Translations under genes and position numbers: made by a program
Shown here: positions 52,457 to 64,000 of the stretch, in pieces
Layout of the letters: each line of letters starts with the position of its first letter
How positions within the stretch are numbered: the stretch's first letter is position 1
Notes under the pieces: generated by a model
Told to the model about the DNA's origin: nothing
Databases searched by the model: none
Seen by the model: only the letters and a program-made list of their open reading frames with translations
Assembly (NCBI RefSeq): GCF_001194135.2
Contig: NC_069001.1
Coordinates: 38,760,871 to 38,824,870, forward strand
Reading direction: 5' to 3'
DNA: 64,000 nucleotides
Source: Octopus bimaculoides
Lineage: Eukaryota

Positions 52457-53829
52457 TTATATACACACAAATGTAGCAGTCTTGTATATCAATGACGAAA
52501 TATGTTTAGAAATAACATACTTCATATTCTTAAAATATGGTTATAAGCATGAACATCACAACCTCCGCTTTTAATCAAATGAAAATGTCAGATTGCATTT
52601 CCATTTGCTTCTGTCTGTCTAACTTTGGGATGAAGTTTCCAATACCACTTGGTACTAACACATGTCACAAATTACCAAAACTGTCATTAATATCACGAGT
52701 CCCCTCCCAACTCATTTAGCCCTTTCCTCCTAATTTAAGGAACCATTCTTAGAAACCATTTGACATCTCTTACTCGCAATCTATACTGAGAGAAAATGTT
52801 GCGTTTTCTTTAAATCTTACAATGCCTTCAACTAACTTACACTATTAAAAAAGGCCCCAAGAGGGGATTAACTTAATGAACACTTGTGAGTTATTAATCA
52901 ATGATAAAATAGCCAAAGTTTAACCGACATTTTCGCAGAAGACTCACAACTCATTATATGATTATATTAATTAATTAATATGAATACTAATAATAAAAGG
53001 GTTTATTATACATATTCGCTCCCTGAAAACGAAGGGTTTATCACTGCTCTTTTTTCAGTTATTGTAAAGCGGCCATGCTGGGGTATTGCCTTGGAGGGGT
53101 TAGTCGAACAGATTGATCCCCCCCCCCCGGTATTTATTTTATCGGCAACTCTTGACGTACCGCTAGGAAATATACGGGGACGTAAACAAACCATTACCAG
53201 TTATCAAGCGGTGGTGGGGTACAAACAGCACAAAGGCGAGCGCGCGTGCACACACACACACACATCTTCATACAGACTCGACGAACTTCTTTCGCTTTCC
53301 GTCTGCCGAATCCACTCAGTGTTTTTTGGTCGACCCGAGGTGCTGTGCGTTGTGGCTGAACCCGAGACCGTACGGTTTGTAGTCAAGCTTCCTAACCNNN
53401 NNNNNNNNNNNNNNNNNNNNNNNNNNNNNNNNNNNNNNNNNNNNNNNNNNNNNNNNNNNNNNNNNNNNNNNNNNNNNNNNNNNNNNNNNNNNNNNNNNNN
53501 NNNNNNNNNNNNNNNNNNNNNNNNNNNNNNNNNNNNNNNNNNNNNNNNNNNNNNNNNNNNNNNNNNNNNNNNNNNNNNNNNNNNNNNNNNNNNNNNNNNN
53601 NNNNNNNNNNNNNNNNNNNNNNNNNNNNNNNNNNNNNNNNNNNNNNNNNNNNNNNNNNNNNNNNNNNNNNNNNNNNNNNNNNNNNNNNNNNNNNNNNNNN
53701 NNNNNNNNNNNNNNNNNNNNNNNNNNNNNNNNNNNNNNNNNNNNNNNNNNNNNNNNNNNNNNNNNNNNNNNNNNNNNNNNNNNNNNNNNNNTATATATAT
53801 ATAATACAGATACACATGTAGGTTTAATC

Positions 53830-53873
<44 letters not shown>

Positions 53874-54421
53874 CGCGTACACATACAATGTAATTGGCTG
53901 TGATAATCACTTTGGAACGAAGTTAAATGTTTGTGTGTGTATATGTATATATATGTTTGTGTGTGTGTTATGTGCAACTGTTCCCTGTTTCCATAGAACT
54001 GTCGATTCACATTCAGTAGGCTTTGGAGGCCGTGTTTATTGGTGTGTATACGTGCTGGCTGTCGTATATGTTATGCGGACATAGACTGAGATATGCGTGT
54101 GTCTAAGCTGATTATCTGTGTGTGTGTGTATACATATGGAAGTTTTGTCGAGAGGAAAAGGCCCATGACCTTTGACCTGAGTGATCAGGGTGGTGGACAT
54201 GTTGAATAACTGCATTGCGTATGTATGTGTGTGTGTATGTATAACTCAGAGTAGCAACAGAGTAATGTCAATAAAATAGTATTTGTTTGTATGTACGTAG
54301 GCATTTGCACAAACAATCTGACGAAGGAAAACTTCGAAGTCACTGTCAGCGTTTTCCTTGTAAAAGTTTACTGTGTACTATATTAAAACTTGAGCAATTT
54401 GGTTTAATGCTAAATAGTTTA

Positions 54422-54452
<31 letters not shown>

Positions 54453-55734
54453 NNNNNNNNNNNNNNNNNNNNNNNNNNNNNNNNNNNNNNNNNNNNNNNN
54501 NNNNNNNNNNNNNNNNNNNNNNNNNNNNNNNNNNNNNNNNNNNNNNNNNNNNNNNNNNNNNNNNNNNNNNNNNNNNNNNNNNNNNNNNNNNNNNNNNNNN
54601 NNNNNNNNNNNNNNNNNNNNNNNNNNNNNNNNNNNNNNNNNNNNNNNNNNNNNNNNNNNNNNNNNNNNNNNNNNNNNNNNNNNNNNNNNNNNNNNNNNNN
54701 NNNNNNNNNNNNNNNNNNNNNNNNNNNNNNNNNNNNNNNNNNNNNNNNNNNNNNNNNNNNNNNNNNNNNNNNNNNNNNNNNNNNNNNNNNNNNNNNNNNN
54801 NNNNNNNNNNNNNNNNNNNNNNNNNNNNNNNNNNNNNNNNNNNNNNNNNNNNNNNNNNNNNNNNNNNNNNNNNNNNNNNNNNNNNNNNNNNNNNNNNNNN
54901 NNNNNNNNNNNNNNNNNNNNNNNNNNNNNNNNNNNNNNNNNNNNNNNNNNNNNNNNNNNNNNNNNNNNNNNNNNNNNNNNNNNNNNNNNNNNNNNNNNNN
55001 NNNNNNNNNNNNNNNNNNNNNNNNNNNNNNNNNNNNNNNNNNNNNNNNNNNNNNNNNNNNNNNNNNNNNNNNNNNNNNNNNNNNNNNNNNNNNNNNNNNN
55101 NNNNNNNNNNNNNNNNNNNNNNNNNNNNNNNNNNNNNNNNNNNNNNNNNNNNNNNNNNNNNNNNNNNNNNNNNNNNNNNNNNNNNNNNNNNNNNNNNNNN
55201 NNNNNNNNNNNNNNNNNNNNNNNNNNNNNNNNNNNNNNNNNNNNNNNNNNNNNNNNNNNNNNNNNNNNNNNNNNNNNNNNNNNNNNNNNNNNNNNNNNNN
55301 NNNNNNNNNNNNNNNNNNNNNNNNNNNNNNNNNNNNNNNNNNNNNNNNNNNNNNNNNNNNNNNNNNNNNNNNNNNNTAGTGGTTTTATAATAGGGTTTTT
55401 TTCCAATTGTGTGTAATATAAGTATATATATATATAAAGTGGTCACAGCTTTCATTGTTCGCTGCTAATGTATTTTAAGCATTATTATACTATTCCTTCA
55501 TTGGAAGCCAACCTCTACGCTTTCGCCATTGAATGCTAACCAGCAACAATTATGAAGGTCACGCCACGTACATATTATATTGTACTCTTTCCTTATTCCC
55601 TGAACTCACACACAAAATAAGTCAAGAAGTCGTTATAGTTAATCATTGTTTAATAATCAATGATTTGTGGAGAAATAAACCAACTACAACAAAAACTACT
55701 ACTACTAGTATTATTATTATTATTACTATTATAA

Positions 55735-55997
55735 ATGTTGAGAAGAAAATGGTCAGTGTGAAAGGACCAATTCTGAGTTATACACTTATGAATAAAAAAA
55801 ATAAAAGGGCTCTTGCCCTGTTGGTCAGGCACCCGTGACTTTTGTGGGTTTCCACGAGTAGCCTTAAAGCGCCTCCCCTATTAGGAGTTTTTTCTTTATT
55901 TTATTTACACATTCAAAAACCCTTTATATCGTCCTGTTTTGTAAGTTCATGTTGCTTTTGTTAGCCCTTGTGGCCAATAAAAGAATTAATTATTATT
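55735..55997 (+). mobile_element. Tx1-like LINE 3' end
   Basis: gaaaatggtcagtgtgaaaggacc...gcgcctcccctattaggagt...gcccttgtggccaataaaagaattaattattatt is homologous to 6795-7045 in the opposite orientation. Confidence 0.85.
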
Positions 55998-56136
55998 CTT
56001 ATTATTAACGTCTTCATCTATTGAAGGTTAGGGCATGGAGCTGTTACGGCAAATAAAGACAAGATGCTCAAAAAATATAAGCCAGCTACATTTTAGCTAA
56101 TAACATATACCAGCCAGCAAATGGAATTCATACAAG

Positions 56137-56172
<36 letters not shown>

Positions 56173-56854
56173 NNNNNNNNNNNNNNNNNNNNNNNNNNNN
56201 NNNNNNNNNNNNNNNNNNNNNNNNNNNNNNNNNNNNNNNNNNNNNNNNNNNNNNNNNNNNNNNNNNNNNNNNNNNNNNNNNNNNNNNNNNNNNNNNNNNN
56301 NNNNNNNNNNNNNNNNNNNNNNNNNNNNNNNNNNNNNNNNNNNNNNNNNNNNNNNNNNNNNNNNNNNNNNNNNNNNNNNNNNNNNNNNNNNNNNNNNNNN
56401 NNNNNNNNNNNNNNNNNNNNNNNNNNNNNNNNNNNNNNNNNNNNNNNNNNNNNNNNNNNNNNNNNNNNNNNNNNNNNNNNNNNNNNNNNNNNNNNNNNNN
56501 NNNNNNNNNNNNNNNNNNNNNNNNNNNNNNNNNNNNNNNNNNNNNNNNNNNNNNNNNNNNNNNNNNNNNNNNNNNNNNNNNNNNNNNNNNNNNNNNNNNN
56601 NNNNNNNNNNNNNNNNNNNNNNNNNNNNNNNNNNNNNNNNNNNNNNNNNNNNNNNNNNNNNNNNNNNNNNNNNNNNNNNNNNNNNNNNNNNNNNNNNNNN
56701 NNNNNNNNNNNNNNNNNNNNNNNNNNNNNNNNNNNNNNNNNNNNNNNNNNNNNNNNNNNNNNNNNNNNNNNNNNNNNNNNNNNNNNNNNNNNNNNNNNNN
56801 NNNNNNNNNNNNNNNNNNNNNNNNNNNNNNNNNNNNNNNNNNNNNNNNNNNNNN

Positions 56855-56895
<41 letters not shown>

Positions 56896-57284
56896 TATAT
56901 GTGTGAGTGTGGGAGGCGTATGTACGAGTTTAGAGGTAGATAGTTCAAGGTAGTTTTTAAAATGTTTATTGTCATTATTAATCGATATTTGTAAGAAAAA
57001 AATTGTTTTTCTAAATTCCAGTTAGAATTGTAAAAACTTAAAATACAGAAAACTGTCCAAAAGATCTACAAAGTACCACCACCACCATGATCACTATCAC
57101 CTTCTCTTATTAATACTATTCTGAATATATATTACAATTAATAATAGCATTGATAATTTATTTTCTTTCAAAGGTATATATAAAGCACAAGGAAATTTTA
57201 TGTTAAATAACTTAATGCGGTGTCGATATGTCTATATATAATGCTATATATTTATAGTGTGTAGCCAGTCAGCTTGGTTGATTT

Positions 57285-57305
57285 TCAATATGGCCGCCGT
57301 TTTTT
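57285..57305 (+). promoter_or_regulatory. YY1-like motif (AATATGGCCGCC) in unique sequence; possible promoter
   Basis: Same 12-mer as the reverse complement at 827-838 (ggcggccatatt). A GC-box-like gcccgcccgcgc lies at ~57638-57649. Confidence 0.25.
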
Positions 57306-58368
57306 CCCCTCTCTCAGTCTCTCTGGCACTGTTTTGTTGACGACAGCAATCCAGCTGCTGAGAGAGAGAGCGAATACCTTAACCCTTTCTTAGCTCAGCA
57401 AATGAGATATTCTCTCTTTTCATAGACCTTTTCCTTCGTTGCTGATGCCATTCCACTTGTATATAACAAATGCCAGGAACTTTATAATGTCATTTGTTAC
57501 ACACACATATACATACATGGTTGTTAATATATACATATTGCATACACATTTTCGATCAGTATGCAGTGTGAGAATAAAAATTCTTCATTGCGTATATTTT
57601 TTTATTCTCTGGTATCTTGCTCAAAAATACAACAAATGCCCGCCCGCGCATATATATTATAATATATATATAAGAAAGTAAAAAAAATGCTCCTAATTTT
57701 TGAATAGAGACTTTCTGTAATATCCAATTTAAAATATTTAATACAGAATTGTTTTTACAATAATAATAATAATTATATATATATATATATTGTAAATATA
57801 CACAATATTGATATTTTGAGTTTGTTCCAAAAGCAAAATGTGGTCAGGTCTGTTGTCTTTTTCACTGACTAAGGCTGGTTCTCTACTGATCTTTACCAAT
57901 TTCCCTCTCTTTTATACATTTCTTGGTCTCTACAGCCTAAGTCTTCACCCCCACCTTCAAATTTTAGCTTTGTTCTTCACTCCAACAATGTTTTATTCTA
58001 TTCTGAGAGGTTCAAATCTCTTCCATTTCAATTAAATAATTTTTTCTTCACCCATTCAGCCAACCCCTATGGATTGGTTGCCTCTTGTCCCACGTTAGTC
58101 ACTCATTGAGCAAACATATGAATGAAGATATTTTAACAGTGACCATCCTGCCTTATGTCTAGCTTAAATTATGTCACTTAATATTTCCTGTCCACTTTCA
58201 AAATAGTTCAGTGCAATTTGAAACAGATTTGGCTGTTATTTCTCAACTTAAATGCCTGCTTTGAGGAGGCTTTGACTGTTTGACCTTTGGAAGGATAGTT
58301 ACGAAACCAAAAATATATTAGCTAGTATATATAGTTTTATCTATCTATCTGCCTATCTAAAGTTTTAT

Positions 58369-58408
<40 letters not shown>

Positions 58409-59360
58409 TTATACGTGTGTGTGCATATATAACTTACTGCTGATATATTTGCTAGTAACTAATAGATATATATGATACTGCTAGTGTATTAACTAGCATA
58501 TATAATCTAGTGCAAATGTATTTAACAAGTGTGTATAACAATATTGACTGGCTTGCATATACATACAGCCTTGTCAATTTGTAACTCTGTATGCATTTAC
58601 ACACACACGCACACATACATGCATGTATGCTTGCATTAAATATGGTGCAGCTTGTTGTTAACCACTGAAAATCATGTCCATTTACAAAGTGGTGACTGTC
58701 TTGGTTGAGTCAAGACAGTTGCATGAAGCATGGATGCACGCGCGTATGTGTGTGTACAGTAAGAAAGTGTAATGATGAAGTTAAATTATTTTAATGTCCA
58801 CTTTCCGCCTGCTTTTGTTTTTCTTTCTCTTCAACCCCCATTTCTGCATCATCACCACCACCACCATTGTATATCCATCTTACCAAACCCACCACCACCA
58901 CCGCCACATAGCCTCCCCCCACCAGAGCAATAATGTAAGTCCATGGTGGAACTTTTAAAAATCTTTTGGGAATATCCTTCATTGTCTGATTAAATTCTCA
59001 GAAATTTTAGCTTTGATAACTATTTCCCCCTCCCTTGTTTTCTCTTATATTTATAAGCACAGGCTTGTTGCTGAAGACTTGGTCTTTGAGTTCTCTTGTG
59101 GTAGATTCTTTAACAACTGTATTTAACATCTTTTCTGTTCACTCCAGACATCCAATCCTTTCTCTGCATCCTTGTTTGGTGGAATAAACAAACAGGAAAT
59201 GGCTTAATACTTGTACAAGTGTGTATGGCCTGATGTGTGTGTGTGTGTGTGTGTGTATTCTCTCTCTCTCTCTCACCTCCCACCACACTCTCATGCACAT
59301 TTAAATATTTATATATGTGTATAGAGTAATGTGTGTGTATATGTGTGTCTGTGTAATATG

Positions 59361-59400
<40 letters not shown>

Positions 59401-59529
59401 GGCTAAGGTTCTCAACATGCTAGTTTCAAACCTTGATGTGTGTATAAAATCCTGTGGTGACATTTGTTGATTATTTGGAAAGAGAGGCAACTAGAGACAT
59501 GCTACACACATAGGTGCACTCAGTCTTTG

Positions 59530-59531
59530 GG

Positions 59532-59624
<93 letters not shown>

Positions 59625-59630
59625 CACACT
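59530..59630. repeat. (CA)n microsatellite
   Basis: Directly visible. Further (TG)/(CA)/(TA) tracts lie at 59225-59400, 59870-59950, 60590-60625, 62840-62915 and 63449-63510. Confidence 0.95.
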
Positions 59631-59869
59631 GTACATTTTTTGTTTTGCTATAGAAATGAAGAATTTAAGAAGGAATTGGTTTCTTGAAAATCTTTTGCTT
59701 TTTTGTGGTTTCTGTAATGTGTGTGTGTATGTATGATATAGACGGATAGAGATGTGTATCTATTCTCTAATCATGAATTGCAACTGGAGCAAAATATTTT
59801 TTAAATGTTTGTCAAGAAAATACTTTATTTAAAACCCTCAGTAAATATTATAGAATGATAAAAACCATC

Positions 59870-59905
<36 letters not shown>

Positions 59906-60588
59906 ATATATATATGATATATATATATGATATATATATATGATATATATTGTAAGATCAGAAAATATTTACATGGTTCCCTATTCAGGTTGCTATTGTT
60001 AATTCTCAGATTTACATTCTACTTCATTATATACTGTTAGTACTGTTGTCATTATATACTGTTAGTTTAGACTTATACAGAAGGCATTAGATTAAATGCA
60101 TACAACACACACATACATACATTTTGCTGTAATAATATACATGCATATATATACGTATATGCACATGCCTGTAGTCCAACCCATACCAGCATGGAACACG
60201 GATGTTAAGTGATATTGATGAGAGATGCATACATGCACACACACACATGCACACAAACACGCACACACACACACACTGTTAATTTTATTTTGGGGTCAAG
60301 TTGTTATTAATGGATTGGTGGAATAAGAACCAAATTGATTATTCTTATTTCTATAATTACACACAGACAGATATTTCTGTATACACATACTTGTATATAC
60401 ATACACACATGTACCTATATATATATTTAGTGAATTTTTTATTTATTTTTCGAATCAATTATTCTTTTGAAATTGTTCCTCGTTAGTTATCATTTTAAGT
60501 ATCGTTGTGTGAAATTAAAACAGCTGGTTAATTAATACTAAATGGTTGCTAACTTTTAGCAAAATTGGGTAAAACTTTCTGGACAACC

Positions 60589-60625
<37 letters not shown>

Positions 60626-60662
60626 ATATGCACATTCACTATTCAATATTTAGTGTTACAAA

Positions 60663-60895
60663 GGTGACGAGCTGGCAGAAACGTTAGCATGCTGGGCGAA
60701 ATGCTTAACAGTATGGAATCTGTCTTTACGTTCTGAGTTCAAATTCCGCCGAGGTCGACTTTGCCTTTCATCCGTTTGGGGTCAATTAAATAAGTACGAA
60801 TTATGCACTGGGGTCGATATAATCGACGTAATCCCTTTGTCTGTCCTTGTTTGTTCCCTCTATGTTTAGACCCCTGTGGGCAATAAAGAAATAAA
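60663..60895 (+). mobile_element. SINE family A copy with Tx1-LINE-type 3' tail
   Basis: The tail atccctttgtctgtccttgtttgttccctctatgtttagacccctgtgggcaataaagaaataaat matches the tail at 38815-38880. Confidence 0.85.
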
Positions 60896-60924
60896 TATAT
60901 ATATATATATATATATACTCTATG

Positions 60925-61130
60925 AGGGTAGCAAGCTGGCAGAAACAATAGCACAGCAGGTAAAATGCTGAGCAGTATTTCATCTGTCTTTACATTCTGA
61001 GTTCAAATTCCACTGAGATGGACTTTGCCTTTCGATAAATTAAGTACCAGTTGCATACTGTGGTCGATCTAATTGACTGGTACCTTCCCCCAAAATTCTG
61101 GGCCTTGTGCCTAGAGTAGAAAAGAATATT
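60925..61130 (+). mobile_element. SINE family A copy with standard tail, CpG-decayed
   Basis: gcaagctggcagaaacaatagcac...ttacattctgagttcaaattccactgag...gggccttgtgcctagagtagaaaagaatatt. Confidence 0.8.
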
Positions 61131-62880
61131 TAGTATTACAGTTAAAATCTGTTTTGAATTATTATTGTGTACACACACACACACACATATACAATGGGAG
61201 GTGAAGTACTCAATACTTGTAGAGTTTACTTTGTCAGAAACTAATGACCTTACTGTCAACTTTCTATTGTAGGCAGCTTCATATATCTAATATATATATA
61301 TATATGTATGTATGTATTTTTGTATACATACACACACATATATGCACATGCATACATTTATGTTTTATATCTCATTTGTATATATTATGTATAAAGCTTA
61401 TATTCTATGGGGAAGGAAACCAGCTATGTCCTCTTAAGGGAGTGGTCAACAACACTTCGGGAGTTTTCACTTCTTTTCTTAATGGTGGTGCCCCAGCATG
61501 GTCGCAGCTCCCTAGCTGAAACTAGTGCAAGTTATGTATATATAATATATATATATTTCTATATTTTTTTTTTTGGTTGAATTACAACAGGACTATCTCT
61601 CCATTTTTTTATTAGTTGTGGTGGTACTGGTAATAGTAGGTGTGGTGGTGGTGGTATTCCTGGTGGGGAGTGTTGGCTTCGGTAGTGGTCACTGTAGTTG
61701 TTGTGGTCAAGGCAGGAGTAACTATTTGGACAGTCAACCATTTTGGCTGTAGAAGTAAACTTCATTTTTCAACATCAAATAGTGTTTGGGAAAGATTTCG
61801 GACAGATTGGGGAAGGGCCCCTGGCCCTCTTACATTAAGACTGTCTCCATTATTGGAGCGGCGGGGGGAGGGGGGTCAGTCTCTTAAATTAGGATTGTCT
61901 CCTTCATTGGAGGTGGTTCCTATTATTAGGGGTTATCTGGGGTTATATATCTGATTGATAATGCGATGATGGTGGTTGTAGTGATGATGTTGATGGTGTT
62001 GGTCATGAGAAATGGTGATGGCAGTGGTTATAGACAATGGTGTTGATGGTCTGTTCTGGTATTTTGATGATAGTAGTGGTATGTCGATGATGGTAATGAT
62101 GGTGGTGGTGGTGGTAGTGCTGGTGCTGTTACTAAAAATATCGTCTCACTTCATTTTTGCTTTGTTTCTTGCAGTGAGGGTCTTCATTCTGTTCCATTTA
62201 GTTTCTAGTGATTTACAGAACACAATTGTTATTGATGGTGATGATGATGACTACTACTACTACTACTACTACTACGAAAACTACTACTACTAATAATGAT
62301 GATGATAATTCGACATCCTCTTGGCGGCCACATTGTTTTCTTGTTTTGGCTTGAAGGTTTTTGTGTGTGTATGAGAAAGGACCTGTGTATATGTGTGTGT
62401 GTGTATGAGAAAGGACCTGTGTATATGTGTGTGTGTGTATGAGGTCATATGAGGGTATATGTATGTGTGTGAGAGAAAGGGCATGCGTGTGTATGTGTAT
62501 GGGCACATTTGAACTCATGTATGTGTTTGGGATATATGTAAGGGCATGTATGTGTGTGTTTGTAAAGGCATATGTGACTGTCTTTAGGGACCTCTATATG
62601 TATATATATATATGTCTTTAGATGTGTGGGCATGTATGTAATCAAGCATGTGTGTGCATGTGGGTGTATATAGCCGCATAATAATGTATGTGTGTGTGTA
62701 TGACTGTTACAATAACAATGTGTGTATGCGTGTGTGTGTGTGTGTGTGTAATGTTATGCATATTAGCTGTTCTACCAGTTGTACATCCTCCTTTCCTGAA
62801 GTGTTGAGTGGAGGTAGTAGTGAGTGACACACAGACACACACACACACACACACACACAAACATATATGTACGCATATAT

Positions 62881-62918
<38 letters not shown>

Positions 62919-63199
62919 GCAGCTATATAGATTTGAAGTGACTAACCAGCCAGTTGTGCTCAGAGATAGTCAGCTTGAAAGCAATGGAGAAAGACTCTCT
63001 GTGCCTTTACCACCGCCGCCACCACCACCGCCGCCATCACCACCACCACCATGACTACAAGAGCGAAACATGGCTGTTTTAATGTCGGAACAGTAATCAC
63101 CAAATTCTCTATCATTTCTCAAAACATTTCTCTATTCATCCATCACTTTTATTTTGTTTTTGTTTTTAACTCATTGCCACAACCATTTTCTTCTCTGTA

Positions 63200-63235
<36 letters not shown>

Positions 63236-63446
63236 ACTGTTTTTACTCTTCACACCCAAGTCATACTACTACTACTATTACTACTACTTTCTTGTAGACT
63301 GCAAAGACTGCAGACAAGAGATCATATACACACAATGTGTGTGTGTGTGTATATATACATATATACACGCATATATCTTAAAGCGGACCTCTCCCTTTGT
63401 GTTTTTTTGTTTTGTTTGTTGGTGTTGTCCCAAAAATCTATGAACA

Positions 63447-63516
<70 letters not shown>

Positions 63517-64000
63517 ATCAAGAGATTTTGACTGCTATAAATAGTAGCCCAAATCTCCAATCACCCATCTCCTTAAAAAAAAAACAGAATGGACATAATT
63601 TGGATAATGGTCCTGGATCTGGATGGATTGTCTGCAAATAGGATGTGGTGGTCATATCTGGACTGCTCTGGTCTTAGTTCTACTAGATTAGGATTGACCT
63701 GGGGTTAAACACCAAGATCATCTACAGAACATTTGGCCAGCCTTCTTAACATGTCTTCTAAATGGTGCTTGATTGTAGTAGTGGCTTCTTTTAGGATGGA
63801 TAGGGGTTGGAATATTGGTTTTAGGGATAGAACTAGAAAGATTAGCTTAAGGAACCTTCCCCACGTGTGTGTGTGTGTGTGTGTAAAATGTGTTAAAGAA
63901 TACAACCTTCAAAATGTGTGTGTGTGTATATATGTATATATATTAATCTTTTTACTTGTTTCAGTCATTGGATTGCAGCCATACTGGAGTTCTGATAGAA

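Noticed and set aside
52620-52980. Stretch that looks like decayed coding sequence
   Set aside because: Multiple stops and no motif I can assign.
58791-58982. 63-aa ORF with an apparent single transmembrane segment
   Set aside because: The hydrophobic and Gly-rich parts derive from the antisense of a (CAC)n tract, and there is no splice or homology support.
59148-59207. Possible terminal exon after a strong acceptor (ttttctgttcactccag|TSNPFSASLFGGINKQEMA*)
   Set aside because: It cannot be linked to any upstream exon. Similarly good acceptors occur at ~45163, ~47409, ~57936 and ~62172 without support.

Overview
Repeat-dense, gap-rich eukaryotic genomic DNA, most consistent with a cephalopod (octopus-like) draft assembly. 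That assignment is inferred from the SINE/microsatellite landscape, not from a marker gene. No intact multi-exon host gene, rRNA, tRNA gene or CRISPR array can be supported. Almost all ORFs in the supplied track are microsatellite, N-gap or antisense artefacts. Recognisable protein-coding relics all come from mobile elements: a Helitron RepHel fragment (~1.5-1.85 kb), a Tx1/L1-clade LINE 3' end (6.8-7.6 kb, plus four shorter copies), an R4/Dong-clade RLE LINE fragment (23.7-24.3 kb), RTE LINE 3' fragments (42.0-42.6 and 44.7-44.9 kb) and a frameshifted DD34D mariner (42.6-43.7 kb). Several SINE and MITE families are present in many copies. The most notable observations are: (1) a 305-bp foldback element with a 9-bp TSD whose core is head-to-head telomeric repeat (31526-31830); (2) a SINE subfamily that carries the Tx1 LINE 3' tail; (3) a recurrent hammerhead-ribozyme-like motif; (4) a five-unit alternating tandem array of a dispersed repeat; (5) promoter-like/first-exon candidates at ~22.6, ~35.6 and ~57.3 kb, the last two sitting at apparent boundaries of CpG-decayed domains. 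Coordinates of degenerate repeats are approximate.
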